This document shows positions 26,282 through 42,016 of a stretch of DNA of 64,000 bases, piece by piece (the first letter of the stretch is position 1; each line of letters opens with the position of its first letter). This DNA comes from Octopus vulgaris (Eukaryota). Position numbers and translations under genes: made by a program. Where the stretch lies: assembly GCA_951406725.2 (NCBI GenBank), contig OX597827.1:60264001-60328000 (forward strand). The letters run 5' to 3'. Under the pieces are notes generated by a model. That model did no database searches and was not told the origin of the DNA. It was given only the letters and a program-made list of their open reading frames with translations.

Positions 26282-26942
26282 ATCCGCAAGGATAAAAGGT
26301 AAAGTTCAGAAATTTATCCAGATTGGATAAGGTGGCAATGAGGGTAAGGGACTATGCTTGAAATTTCGATATTTAAATTGCTGTTTGCATATGCAAGAAG
26401 AAAAGGTTTTTATCGTTAATGTGTTTTTAAAATGTTCACTGTTGTTGTTATGATACATACTTTCTCTGTGATACAGAGGTTGCATCTGCTGCATCGCCCC
26501 CTTTATCGTCTTTATCCTGTTATACGTCTTTGGATTTACACAAAGGTTTTATAAGGCTTTGGACTTATAACACTTTCCTTCCACCCTTTTCATTTTCTCT
26601 GTTGTATGCACTCTGTGTAAGTTGCAACTATTAATACAAATATTTATACTTTTATACTTAAATATTCATCGCCTGAACGTTTCCACTTTTTGCTTTCTTT
26701 CTTTACATATATACATATTTTGTATTTTTCTCCCAAACTAATATATTTAATATATCTAACTTGTTTATCCGCATAATTGCATATATATATAAAAAATACA
26801 AAATGGGACGGGAACGCAAAACATCCAGTGATACAAAAATGGGACAACAAAACATCCAGATAGACGATACAAAGAAAACAAGGACGGGTCATTCGAAGTT
26901 TTCTTTCTTCAGTCAAGTACCAGATTATCTTCGCAATTTCGG

Positions 26943-26974
<32 letters not shown>

Positions 26975-26981
<7 letters not shown>

Positions 26982-27063
26982 ATTATTATTTGAGGGAATA
27001 GAATCCAAACTTACAAGGTGTAATTTAATTATTCATTTTGAATTGATAAAAGGTGTTTTTTTC

Positions 27064-27106
<43 letters not shown>

Positions 27107-27183
27107 ATTATTATTTGAGGGAATAGAATCCAAATACAAGGTGTAATTTAATTATCATTTTGAATATAAAAGGTGTTTTTTTC

Positions 27184-27192
<9 letters not shown>
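26975..27192. repeat. Two ~90-bp tandem copies separated by (TA)n
   Basis: AATTATTATTTGAGGGAATAGAATCCAAA..ACAAGGTGTAATTTAATTA..AAAAGGTGTTTTTTTCTAATATT occurs twice with small indels. Confidence 0.85.
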
Positions 27193-27244
<52 letters not shown>

Positions 27245-27286
27245 TATATGTTAATATATAATGTTAATCTATCATCTGTATATATG

Positions 27287-27322
<36 letters not shown>

Positions 27323-27390
27323 ATTACTTCATCTTTACAGATGATAGCCGTCCCATTAACACACATACAACAGCCCATCACACAGAACAA

Positions 27391-28115
27391 TCACTCCCGT
27401 TGATGAGCCCTCGGATAACTTTTAAGACCAGCTGACAGGATTTTAAAACACAAGTGACAGATACTATTCAAGTTTCTTCTATATCCTTGCCCTTTAGAAT
27501 CTGATTCTGAAGGAATGTCTTTGTGAACTAGTATATGTCTTTGAAGTCCAGATATTGTCTTGCAAGTTTTGTGACATATGACGCAAGTCATAAGAGGCGG
27601 TTGGTGTCCAAGATTATTACCTATCTGGGCATTTCGATTTTCATGTAACTTCATATGATTCACGTATCCTACTTTTGACAACAGAACACGATCACATATA
27701 ATACATATCCAATGTTCACTGTTGATTACAGTTCCAATTGTTCCTTTACCACGGGCCCTTTTAAAAACCAGAGTACTGAATCATCTTTTCCTCCCAAGCA
27801 TTGCAACTAGTCTTAATAGCACCTCCCCGCTTGTTTTCCCAATAACTTTTGTTCATATCTAGCTTCTTTATGCTTTCCTTCACACAGCCTTCATAGCTTT
27901 TCCTTGGCTTATGCTGTGGTCGCTTACCGGATTTGAGTTCACCATAAAAAAGACGCTTTGACAATCGCTCGTCTTACATTTTAATAACATGTCCAGTTCA
28001 TCTCATTTGAACCAAAATAACATGTTGTTCAACTGAGCTTCAACGTGCCATGCGCAAAACCTCTGTATCTGGGATGAAACATTCCCACTTGACTCCTAAG
28101 ATACGTTTGAGACAC
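27391..28115 (-). pseudogene. RTE-clade LINE 3' fragment with C-terminal C2H2 zinc fingers
   Basis: QMR*TGHVIKM*DERLSKRLFYGELKSGKRPQHKPRK (RTE thumb signature), then CDRVLLSKVGYVNHMKLH, CVICHKTCKTISGLQRHILVH and CHLCFKIL...; stops and frameshifts present. Confidence 0.8.
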
Positions 28116-28147
28116 TTTTGATGAAATATATATATATATATATATAA

Positions 28148-28440
28148 CGGGAAGCTTTATGAAAATAAACAAAAGACGAAGGCAGGTGGAGTACAAACAA
28201 ACAATTGTATTAGTGTGGCGCTCAGGAAATAAATAAAACAAGTCTTTAACGTTTCGAGCCTACGCTCTTCAACAGAAAGATACACAGAAAAAAAAACACG
28301 GAGAGAAACAAGGAGAAGAAAAAAATGCGTGCAGAAGCTAGCGGTCTAACATGGCGATCTGATTCCGGCCAGAAGTCAAAGATCAAACGTGAGACGCAAG
28401 AGCGAAAATAGGGGAGATAACAGGGTCAAATTACCTCGCC
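28148..28440 (-). mobile_element. HHR element related to family F
   Basis: Shares CCTGAGCG..TAATAC with family F; 3' end abuts (TA)n at 28147. Confidence 0.65.
28243..28280 (-). ncRNA. Minimal type-I hammerhead motif (CTGTTGA core variant)
   Basis: TCTTT-CTGTTGA-A-GAGC-GTAG-GCTC-GAAA-CG-TT-AAAGA. Confidence 0.65.
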
Positions 28441-28505
28441 CCAGCGTAAGGGTGTGTGTGTGTATGAGAGTATGTAGTGCATATATTCATAATAATAAGG
28501 GTTTT

Positions 28506-28592
28506 TTGCAACAAGTTGCTTAAACCACATACCGAAAATATTAGAAATATTTTCTAATATTTTCGGTATGTGGTTTAAGCAACTTGTTGCAA
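28506..28592. repeat. Perfect 42-bp-arm hairpin with a 3-nt loop
   Basis: TTGCAACAAGTTGCTTAAACCACATACCGAAAATATTAGAAA-TAT-reverse complement; imperfect extension to ~28488-28610. Confidence 0.95.
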
Positions 28593-28707
28593 TTAACCCT
28601 TTATTATAATTATATAAATTTTTTACCGAATATGGTCCTTTTCCATACCGAAATACTACTAGGTGAAATTTATTGATTTTATTAAATTAATTATATTTCA
28701 CCCTTTA

Positions 28708-28778
<71 letters not shown>

Positions 28779-28783
<5 letters not shown>

Positions 28784-28957
28784 ATCCAAACAAGAAAACA
28801 CAGAAAAAAACACAGCAACGCGAGGACGTGGAACAATAAAAGTATTATTTGACGCTCAGGAAAGAAGGGAAGGAGGGTTTAACGTTTCGAGCGGAGCTCT
28901 TCGTCGGAAACAAAGGATAAGGAAAGATCCCGAGAAGGGAAGACAGAGGAAAAAAAT
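28779..28957 (-). mobile_element. Family F HHR element (HHR at 28877-28911)
   Basis: Reverse complement of 890-1064; (TA)n on both sides. Confidence 0.8.
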
Positions 28958-29640
28958 TTTATATATATATATGTATGTATGTATAAACAAATTAAAGGGG
29001 TGGCTTATTGGCAATTAGAGCCTAATGCCAAAATTAATAGAGGTCAGAAAAGTGACGGAGGATGCTGACTAGCACCACTTATGCTAAAAAAAAAAAAAGA
29101 GTTAAATTAACTCCAAAGCTACTAAAGCACTATACTTAATGACTGACAAAGGGAGGTAAGTTCCTAGCGTATATAGCCGTATCGCTATTTCGAATTTTGG
29201 TGTAGCGCACCTTATCAGCCACCCACCCCAAAGCCGTGTCTTTGCGGTAGAATCAGTATTAAGACCAACAGGTAATACTTAAAGATGCATGCTGTGGTAG
29301 AACACAGAATAGTGCGTTAGTTCCCATGAGACTATGCTGAAGCACCACCGTGAGTCTGTACCTGTTTCCACAACCTTCATAGGTTATTGATTTGGACATC
29401 CTCACAGTTTCCGCCCATTGTATTCACTCAGAACGCGTCGATTGGTCGTCCAGGAGCTATCTTAGTAGAATACTACACTTGCCCAAGGTGCCACACAGTA
29501 GAACTGAGCCTGAAATCACGTGGCTGCAAAGCCACAGCCACGCCTGCACCTGTGCGAAATCTGCACGTCATAGGTGGTGGTGGTGGTGGTGGTGGTGGTG
29601 GTGGTGGTGGTGGTGGTGGTGGTGGTGGTGGTGGTGGTGG

Positions 29641-29671
<31 letters not shown>

Positions 29672-30226
29672 GCTGGTGCTGGTGGTGCTGGTGGTGCTGG
29701 TGGTGGTGGTGGTGGTGGTGGTGGTGGTGGTGGTGGTGGTGGTGGTGGTGGTGGTGGTGGATGGTGGTGGTGACGGCTTTTTTTTATGTCTATTCATTGC
29801 TGTCCCCTAGAAAATATGCTGCTATTGTTGTTAGTTATCATTATTATATTCCGTCAGTCCATTGACGTTTTATTGTCAACTTACTTGGAAGATTTAAGGA
29901 TTGCTCCTAAAGCAGTAAAATAATAATAGATGGTCTTAATCCTTTAGTATTGATAAAGGATTATATTTCAACGCCCTTGCACGCCATTATTCTTTTCCTT
30001 TTCGTTGATTTGTTATTGAGTATTTTTACTGAGATAAACGGAAGGAAGCGGGTGAAGAGAATTGTGAATAAGAATTTACGCACGTTTTGTGTGTTTAGCA
30101 TATGAGGGGCTCTTTAGAAAATTAGAATTTGTTGTTGCTGTTGTTGATTTTGTTGTACTTACATCTCCGTCTTGTGGCTGGTATTTATCGTCGTCGTTGT
30201 TGCTGTTGCTGTTGTTATTATTGTTG

Positions 30227-30279
<53 letters not shown>

Positions 30280-30919
30280 GGTGGTGCTGGTGGTGCTGGT
30301 GGTGTTGTTGTTGTGTTGTTGGTGTTGTTGTTGTTGTTGTTGTTGCTCTTGTTGTTTTAATTCCCTTTCTTTGCACATTTTGATTTGCCGTTTCGTGTTT
30401 GTAAACCTCGTTTCCGAGAAGAAGAAGATAAAAAAAAGACATAGAGAAAAGCGTACGACAAAATGGCGATCTTTATATACCGAGAAAGACAAAAACTGTG
30501 TAAACAGCAAAAAGGAAAGGAAGGTGAATGAAAAAAAAAAAAAAGAACAGACAGAAAAGATAAAAGGAAAAAAAAAATGCTGTTGTTTTCTATAAAGATG
30601 AGTGCTTAGTTCTTAGCTTTGCTTTGTCTTATTACAATCGCAGTTTTCAGGAAGAAGATGAGGACGGGTGGAGGAGTGAAAAAGCGGTAAACAAAACAAT
30701 AGTTCTGAATGTGTTAAAGACATTTGGCAGCTTCCTTTCAAACAACAACAGAAATATTTTGTTTTTCTATCTTGTATTGTGAAGGAATTAGAACAGCTTC
30801 CCCGTTCAAGTTCTAATGCAACTCTTTATTCGGGATCGGTCAATCTTCAAACCTGCCAGCTTCTACAGAATGTAATGATAGATTATCTAGCTAACTACCT
30901 ATCATTCTACCTGTCTTAA

Positions 30920-31073
<154 letters not shown>

Positions 31074-31173
31074 TGTATGTATGTATGTATGTATGTATAT
31101 ACATATGCATATATATACATATATATATACGTAAACATACGTATATATATTTATATATAACATATATATGTAC

Positions 31174-31208
<35 letters not shown>

Positions 31209-31367
31209 TGTATGTATGTATGTATGTATATACATATGCATATATATACATATATATATACGTAAACATACGTATATATATTTATATATAACATATATAT
31301 TATATGTATATGTATTATATATATATATGCACACACACACACACAATATATATATATATATGCACAT

Positions 31368-31410
<43 letters not shown>

Positions 31411-31989
31411 TAGCTGTACAGATATATATTTACAGACATATATACATACATGCACATACGCACACACACACACACGCGCACGCACATACGCACATACATA
31501 TATACATACGCACATACATACATACATACATACATACATACATACATACATACATACATACATACATACATACTTACATACATATATATTAGTAATGTAT
31601 ACTTGTGTGTCGAAATCCAATCTTATCACCTATTTTAGTACATAACCGTTTGTGCTGGCATGTGCGCGCGCGCGTATGTGTGTGCATTTGTGTGTGTGTG
31701 TGTGTGTGTGTATGTGTGTGTGCGTGTACTTCTGTATATAATTCTGTATACGTGCAGTCTCTAATGTATGTATGCTAGTTTGATTTATTGGTATATGTAT
31801 TTCTTTAATTGCTATCTCTTTCTCCCTCACTCTCTCCTCTCTCTCTCTCTCTCTCTCTCACTCATTCAGCGTGTGTATGTATACGCATACCTGTATTCAT
31901 TCGCAAGTGTATGTTCGTGTGTGTGACTTTTTCAGACACTCTCTCTGTTTACTAGTCCTGTATATATACATACATGTATATATATATAT

Positions 31990-32060
<71 letters not shown>

Positions 32061-32499
32061 TTACATTGTATAAAAGGGCTTAGTAAAATTAATTACTTTG
32101 CCACATACTGAACTCATTAGAAATAGCAGCCAAAAAAAGATTTTTTAGCCTTTTCTAATACTTAAAGAAAATTTCTCTCAGATAGTGTTTACTCAAAATA
32201 ACCCACGAAGGTATGGGGGTAAAAACATTAAAAAATCACAAGTGCAAAGATTATTTGAGAACGTACGTTTCTGGATCAGCCAAATACAATTCGACATTTC
32301 TTTCGTCAGCCCAAAATTTCTTAATTCGGATTTGGAAACACTGAAAGTAGGAGCATACCCTTTTGGCGACTTTTCACCTCAGAAGATCCGTTCAAACTAA
32401 CAGTGCCAACAAATTCAAAATATGCAAGCGAAGAATTCCTGCTCTCCCCCTTCCACCCACGTGGGTCAGACTAGTAAACACCATATTTTATCGTGAAAA

Positions 32500-33025
32500 C
32501 CGAGGCATTAAACAGCGGTGCCTGTGGGACAGAAGAGAGATCTTCTCGGTGACCAAAGGGCGAATCTACCAGGTCGTCGTTCGTACTATCCTCCTCTGTG
32601 GTTGCGAAACATGGCCTATGAGGGTTTCTACAGCCGGTCTTCGTCATCGCCTGAATCTCCGGCCCCTCCCTTCAGTGCTTCTACAACGGCGCTTAAGGTA
32701 GTTCGGTCATGCGGCCCGGCGTCCAGAGGATGAGCTGATTCGCGATGTCTTCCTCCCACCTCCACTTCCTAACTGGCGCAAACGCGCGGGTGGGTAGCTG
32801 AAGACCTGGGCAACGACGATAAAGGAGGACCTCTCCGAACTCACAGGTCCGCAGGTGGTCGGTCTGCGCAGATGGAACCGCGAATGGCTCGCTATCTCCA
32901 GTGACCTCGCACAGGACCGTCGGTCGTGGGCCGCCATGGTTTGTGATGCCGTTTAGGACCAGAGATGAAGCCGGCTCAACCCGCCCTGGCTGAACGCCGT
33001 CACAAGAACAAGTAAGTAGCAAGTA
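32500..33025 (+). pseudogene. RTE-clade LINE 3' fragment
   Basis: TKGRIYQVVVRTILLCGCETWP...LQRRLR*FGHAARRP...LKTWATTIKEDL...LAQDRRSWAAMV; CAAGTAAGTA-type tail. Confidence 0.88.
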
Positions 33026-33079
33026 CTATTCTGCTAACAGACTGTATTTGAAATGTGCGAGTTAGTTGGCTGAGTTCTG

Positions 33080-34430
33080 AGAACCATAACTTATCCAGAT
33101 TGTCGCTTAAGCATTTACTCACAAAACCAATTTCACCAATTATAATTGGGATTAATGAGAATTTATAATCTGTATTTAGAAGCTGCGTATTTCGAAAGAG
33201 TCTTTTTCTTTCATTTTCAAGGAGATATTCCTATCAGTATGACAGTTGGCCTCTACGACGTACACAATTTTTCTTCTCTGTCCCAAACAACAATATCCGC
33301 CCTGTTATGTTTACACTTGACATATATTTTGATGGTAATGTTCCACAAGTATTCCTTGTATTGATGTTTGTGCGTGAATTCAATAACAGGGGGGATTCAC
33401 TATATTTATTCCAGGACAGACATTTTTTTCCGAATAGCATAGTATATCGTTTTTGCGACAACTTCGTATCGCATAGGGAGGTTGTACGTTGATTACATTT
33501 TTGTGCAGCTATTAATCATATGTGCGTGGAGGCGCAATGGCCCAGTGGTTAGGGCAGCGGACTCGCGGTCATAGGATCGCGGTTTCAATTCCCAGACCGG
33601 GCGTTGTGAGTGTTTATTGAGCGAAAACACCTAAAAGCCCCACGAGGCTCCGGCAGGGGATGGTGGTGATCCCTGCTGTACTCTTTCACCACAACTTTCT
33701 CTCACTCTTACTTCCTGTTTCTGTTGTACCTGTATTTCAAGGGGCCGGCCTTGTCACTCTCTGTGTCACGCTAAATATCCCCGAGAACTACGTTAAGGGT
33801 GCACGTATCTGTGGAGTGCTCAGCCACTTACACGTTAATTTCACGAGCAGGCTGTTCCGTTGATTCGGATCAACCGGAACCCTCATCGTCGTAACCGACG
33901 GAGTGCTTCCACAGTCATATGTGCGTAGCATAATCGACATTTTCGGTTCCATTCTGGGGCTTCAAGAGTTTCACTATCTCTTCTGTTCACCAGGTATTTC
34001 AGAGCAGTCTCCTGTTCGTCGATTGCAAATGCATAGCCTACGAAGTGTGATGTGATGCAGTGGTCACGAGTCCGAGAGGCTGCCCTTATGTCGATATTGT
34101 TGTCTTCTTCAAGCCTTTGGGAAACATACCCATGCATAGTCTTTTTTAGTATGCTGAGCGTTTCATGTCTTCTGTGAAGTATGTTAATGCAACGGTTTTG
34201 GAGTTATATAGGAGGTCATCAGAAAGAGAGTGCTTTCTAAAGAGCTCACTGGTGACACGTAGGATGTTGTTCTCTTTACTTTTCGGCACTAATTTCATTT
34301 TTTCTCTTTTATATATATATTTTTTTTTTTGCTGCTGTTGGTTAGCAGATGCTGTCTGAGAGTTAGTATACGGCATTCGAAGTTTGTCTGCACTGATTTC
34401 AACCACTACATTCCCCGTCACTTCTTACAT
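33080..34430 (-). pseudogene. R4/Dong-type (restriction-like endonuclease) non-LTR fragment, split by a SINE
   Basis: MHGYV...FAIDEQE...KCRLCYAH | NSCTKM...PMRYEVVAKTIY...YLWNITIK...HNRADIVVWDREEKLC: CCHC knuckle, RHD-like and PD-type nuclease motifs, all degenerate. Confidence 0.75.
33526..33914 (+). mobile_element. tRNA-derived SINE (OR-type-like), full length
   Basis: Matches 16792-17178; TSD TCATATGTGC(GT) at 33516 and 33915. Confidence 0.92.
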
Positions 34431-34667
34431 AGAACCCGTCCATATCATTGTTTCTGTGAAAGTTTTCAGTTGATGTGATGGATATATAAATATATATATA
34501 TGTATATAAATATATGTATATATATATATATATTCGCATATACATATGTGTGTGCGTGTATGTATGTATGTATGTATGTATGTATGTTTGTATGTATAAA
34601 ATTTAAAAGGCCCAATATATCTTTTGTATGTGCTACTATTAGTTTCATGTAGTGGGAGCATGCGTGG

Positions 34668-35003
34668 AACCTTGGGCAAGTGTCTTCTACTATAGCCACG
34701 GGCCGACCAAAGCTTTGTGAATGGATTTGGTAGACGGAAACTGAAAGAAGCCCAGCGTATATACATCTGTATGTATCTATGTGCGTTTGTGTCAGCGTTT
34801 GTCCCCCTATCACAGTTTGACAACCGGTGTTGGTACGTTTACGTCCCCGTAACTAAGCAGTTCGGCAAAAGAGAACGAAAGAATAAGTTTTAGGCTTAAA
34901 ACGAATAAGTCTTTGGGTGAATTTGTTCGACTAAAAAAACCTTTCAAAACTGTGCTCCAGCAGAGCTACAGTCAAATGACTGAAACAAGTAAAAGAATAA
35001 AAT
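34668..35003 (+). mobile_element. SINE family A, 5'-truncated and diverged
   Basis: CCTTGGGCAAGTGTCTTCTACTATAGCC through AAATGACTGAAACAAGTAAAAGAATAAAA. Confidence 0.85.
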
Positions 35004-36250
35004 AATGTGTGTGTGTGCGTCGTGTGTGTGTATGTATGCATATATATTTATATATACTTGTAAATATGCATGTACATACATACATACATACATACATACA
35101 TACATACATACATACATACATACATACATACATACATACATACAACCGAAAGGCTATTATTTCATAACTGGAGTTTCTCTACTTTTCTAACTCTAAAAAC
35201 AGCAGGACCAAAGATTTTCTTACTAATATTGCCAAGCGCTCTTCCTACTGAGCAGATAACACTACACTTAGAACAGCTAGTGAAATGAGTCGTATGATTT
35301 TTGGCCGTGATATATACGTGGGCAATGGAGGCGAAGGCTTCTTCTACGCTATCGTTTATTTTAAGCTGCGGATGCAATCCCCTCGGCTTCTAGGTTAATA
35401 GACTTGGTAATTGTCAACATAAGATTCTCTTGTATATATTGGTAACACAAATAATAGTCTTCTATAAACAATTTTATCTAAACTAAAAAGGTTATTATTC
35501 TAATCAGAATTAACATATATCTTATCTTCATTAGCTATAATATTCAGGTTGCTCTTTAAATGACTCTGGAATTTGCTGATAAAATTCCTGGAATGTGGTG
35601 TTTCTTACAAGTATATCTATTTGAGTAAATCTTTTCTTCAAATAATTCTAGATGTTTATTTGGGCACCCAGTTTTCTATTATCACAGAAGAAATGTATTT
35701 TGCTTTATTTTGTTTTGTTTATCTGACTTATCCTTTTAACAAACTTTTTCAGTTTACTCGTTAAATAAAGCCTTTTGGTGTATAGCTTTGGATTTGATCC
35801 AGCGTTTTGCCTCATAGAAATCACAATTCAATCATGTGCACAACCGAAGTTTTATCCAATGAACGGCTGCTTTTCACGTGATAGTTCGGTGGCCTGAGTA
35901 GAACCTACCGTGAGCGAGGCCTAGAAATACAGCAAAATTTAACGCTAAAACTTCAGAGCGTCTCCAGTCGAGTTTGGCGTACACTCTCCTAAAATCGGTT
36001 TTCACAGCTACATATTCAACCTGGAATGATCGAAAAAGACAGAGTTTCAAAAAAAGACTTTCTGTACGTGTCATATTTCTATTTGTTCCATCTGATTTTT
36101 TCCATTAATTGTATTGCCTGAATGCCTTTCTCATTAATGTAGCAAATAAATTATTTTCTAATACATAAAAAATCCCTTCCTTGTTACAGGTAACACTATT
36201 TATAAAGTGTATTCATGGTTGAAAACCCAATTAATATCAATCTAGAGTCA

Positions 36251-36471
36251 CCTTTTGTTACCATATTTCTGTTGAGATGCTCTGTGTTTCTTTCAATTAA
36301 TTTTAAATATAACAAAGAATTAGTAAAATAATTTAGTTTATCATTAAGCTAGTGTTAGGAACATAAATTGTGACTAAGATTTGGTTGAATATTTTAATTC
36401 AGAACTTATGAAAACAAGACATTTGTACTACAGAGCCAGAGGTGGTTTCAGGCAGGTTGGTATCAAAAGGG
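36251..36471. mobile_element. piggyBac-like MITE, decayed
   Basis: TIRs CCTTTTGTTACC and GGTATCAAAAGG(G); TTAA flanks are degenerate. Confidence 0.45.
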
Positions 36472-36712
36472 TAGTCCATCTTATTATAAATACAGTGCCA
36501 ACTCTATGACAAGGAGCAGGAGACATCTTTTTAAACACTTGAATGCAAAGACTTCAACGAAGACACGTAATAAAAAGAGAGTTCTAGATACTGAAAATAG
36601 AGTATTAACAAATATTATATTTAACATAGTACACTTTGGGTTAAAATATCGGTGTGTATACATAATGTATATATAAATGCGGACCAGCATTAGTTGTAAA
36701 ATTTTATCTCAG

Positions 36713-36925
36713 AAAGGCAACGAATTGACAGAATCGTTAGAACGCCGGGCAAAATGCTTAGCAGTATTTTGTCCGTCTCATCGTTATGAGTTCAAATTCC
36801 GCCGAGGACGACTTTGCCATTCATCCCTTCGGGGCCGATGAAATAAGCAATAGTTTAGCACTGGGATCGATGTAACTGACTATAACCCCTCCTCAACAAT
36901 AGTGCTAAAATTTGAAACCAATATT
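36713..36925 (+). mobile_element. Diverged SINE family B
   Basis: GAGTTCAAATTCCGCCGAGGACGACTTTGCCATTCATCC block. Confidence 0.8.
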
Positions 36926-37157
36926 TTATCTCAGAAAAACTTCTCTTATGTGACTTGTGTACTGAAAAGAACGGGACATCAAAATTCCAATGGTTTCCCA
37001 GACACACATAAAATTGTGCAAAGGCATTGTTGCAATTTTTATCGCAGAGAAACTTCTCAAAGAGCCTTGTGTATTAAAAACACAGAGCTTCGCTTCAAAT
37101 ACTGCTGGGTCATCAGCCGAAGAATTATATAAAATATAAATTAACATGGCGTAGGAG

Positions 37158-37540
37158 TGGAAGATAAGAAAGTTCATTTTCGGCACTTGATGCTTTGGGA
37201 ACCAGACAAAAATTGCTGCAGCTCGGCTGGGATGTGTTACCCCAACCTCCATATTCACCAGATATTGCTCCTTCGGATTTCCACTTATTCAGGTCTCTGC
37301 AGAATAGTCTTAATGGTAAAAATTTCAATTCCTTGGATGTCGTAAAAAGATACCTTGATGAATTGTTTGCCATGAAACCACCTCAATTCTGGGAAGAGGG
37401 TATTTTCAAGTTAAAGGAAAGATGGAGACGCATTGTGCAACAAAATGGTCTATATTTGGTTGATTAAAAATGCAATGACAAGTATTTATTGACTTTTCTC
37501 TTTCCTTTAAAAATCGGCACGAATTTTCCGGACAGACCAA
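37158..37540 (+). mobile_element. Internally deleted mariner element, left end missing
   Basis: EDKKVHFRHLMLWE fused to LGWDVLPQPPYSPDIAPSDFHLFRSLQ...; right TIR AAATCGGCACGAATTTTCCGGACAGACCAA|TA. Confidence 0.9.
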
Positions 37541-37742
37541 TACATTATGATCACAATACTTTTCTATCATTTTAGCATCGAATGATGCCAACTCGCCGTC
37601 GAGGCGACCGGGCTAATATTACACCTCATCGGAAGACTATTTCATCACATGATCACCTATTTACAACTCAGTGAACAGGAGCAACGCGAAATGAAGTGTC
37701 TTGATCAAGAACACAATGCACAGCTGGTAAGATTATATATAC

Positions 37743-37802
<60 letters not shown>

Positions 37803-37803
<1 letters not shown>

Positions 37804-38010
37804 TTTTTTACTCTTTTTACTTGTTTCAGTCATTTGACTGTGGCCATGCTGGAGCACCGCTTTTAGTCGAGCAAATCGACCCCAGGATTTATTCTTTGTA
37901 AGCCTAGTACTTATCCTATCGGTCTCTTTTGCCGAATCGCTAAGTTACGGGGACGTAAACACCAGCATCGGTTGTCAAACGATGTTGGAGAGACAAACAC
38001 AAACACACAA

Positions 38011-38069
<59 letters not shown>

Positions 38070-38241
38070 CAAATATACGACGGGCTTCTTTCAGTTTATG
38101 TCTACCAAATCCACTCACAAGGCTTTGGTCGGCCCTAGGCTATAGTAGAAGACACTTGCCCAAGGTGCCACACAGTGGGACTGAACCCGGAAGCATGTGG
38201 TTGGTAAGCAAGCTACTTACCACACAGCCACTCCTACGCCT
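37803..38241 (-). mobile_element. SINE family A, full length
   Basis: Reverse complement of the family A consensus from head to tail. Confidence 0.9.
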
Positions 38242-38574
38242 ATCATATATACAAATATGTATATAAACACTGCACAGGACACGTTAAGGCTTAACCAACC
38301 TTTTGTACAACGAACAGAACCAATCTTTGCATTTACACTTCACTGTTCGTCTCTCACCAGGCAACAGAGTACGGAACACGAAGAAGGCTATACAACTTAC
38401 CTTCTTCCTTGACATTAAATTATTACCAAGTCTCTGTACATGCAATATATAATATGCATATGTGTGTCTCCGAGTTTCTGTATGTGCACGTCTGTCTGTT
38501 TGTGTGTGTGCGTGTTTGTATGCGTGTTTATGTGCATGTATGCATTTCGTAGAACACAGTCTCGTGCGAACACA

Positions 38575-38650
<76 letters not shown>

Positions 38651-38678
38651 GTATAGATTTATATCTATATATCTATAC

Positions 38679-38743
<65 letters not shown>

Positions 38744-38959
38744 CTGAAATCATCGATATTATTACATACTTTTAACAAAGCCATTATGAGCACCATCAAG
38801 CTTTACTATATTATTATTATTATTATTATCATCATTGTTATTATTATCATCATTGTTATTATTATTATAATTATTATTAAGCTTTACTATATTATTATTA
38901 TTATTATTATCATCATTGTTATTATTATTATAATTATTATTATCATTATTATTATTATT

Positions 38960-39006
<47 letters not shown>

Positions 39007-39239
39007 CATGCTATTATTTAGTATTGTTACGTTTTTGTTTTGTCTTCCGTCTTTGATACGACCTACCGGAAATGACGTTTGTTTCGTAATGGAGTTTTTG
39101 TTCGTGTTAAATCGAATTCTCCTTTATTTAATACAACTTCCCGACACTAACGCATAACACGGTAGAGCTTTCAGTTCCTTTCCTACAAACATGCTCACAT
39201 AAATGTCGCTTAACAGTCTTTCTTTTTTTTTACATTTTC

Positions 39240-41570
<2,331 letters not shown>

Positions 41571-42016
41571 AAACACGCACATGTCTCGTGCTAAGGGTAA
41601 TCAATAATAACAATCACCACAACAACAATAAAAACAACAACAACAACAATAGCAACAGCAACAACAGCAACAAAAGCGACAGCGATAAGTTTTAGGATTC
41701 AAAAATAATAACTTTGTTATCTCGCTCGATTACACGACACAACTGAATGTATTTGTAAATGCATTGGAAATATAGTGTTGGTACTTAATTCAGCAAAGCT
41801 CCGGAAAAACGTTTTAGATTTATATACCTCAATCTCACACAGCCACCAGTACCACACCCACCAACGCCGCCGCCATCACCGCCGCATCCGCCGCCATCAC
41901 CGCCGCCGCCGCCGCCACGACCTGATTGGTACGATGTGAAGGAGTTTGTAGTGGGTCATGTGAAAATAAGCAATGTATATATATATATTGAATCGAAGTG
42001 TCGTGAGTTCGATACC

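Noticed and set aside
37195-37467. Host SETMAR-like gene exon
   Set aside because: Bounded by a TIR/TA and duplicated at 57753; it is a transposon remnant.
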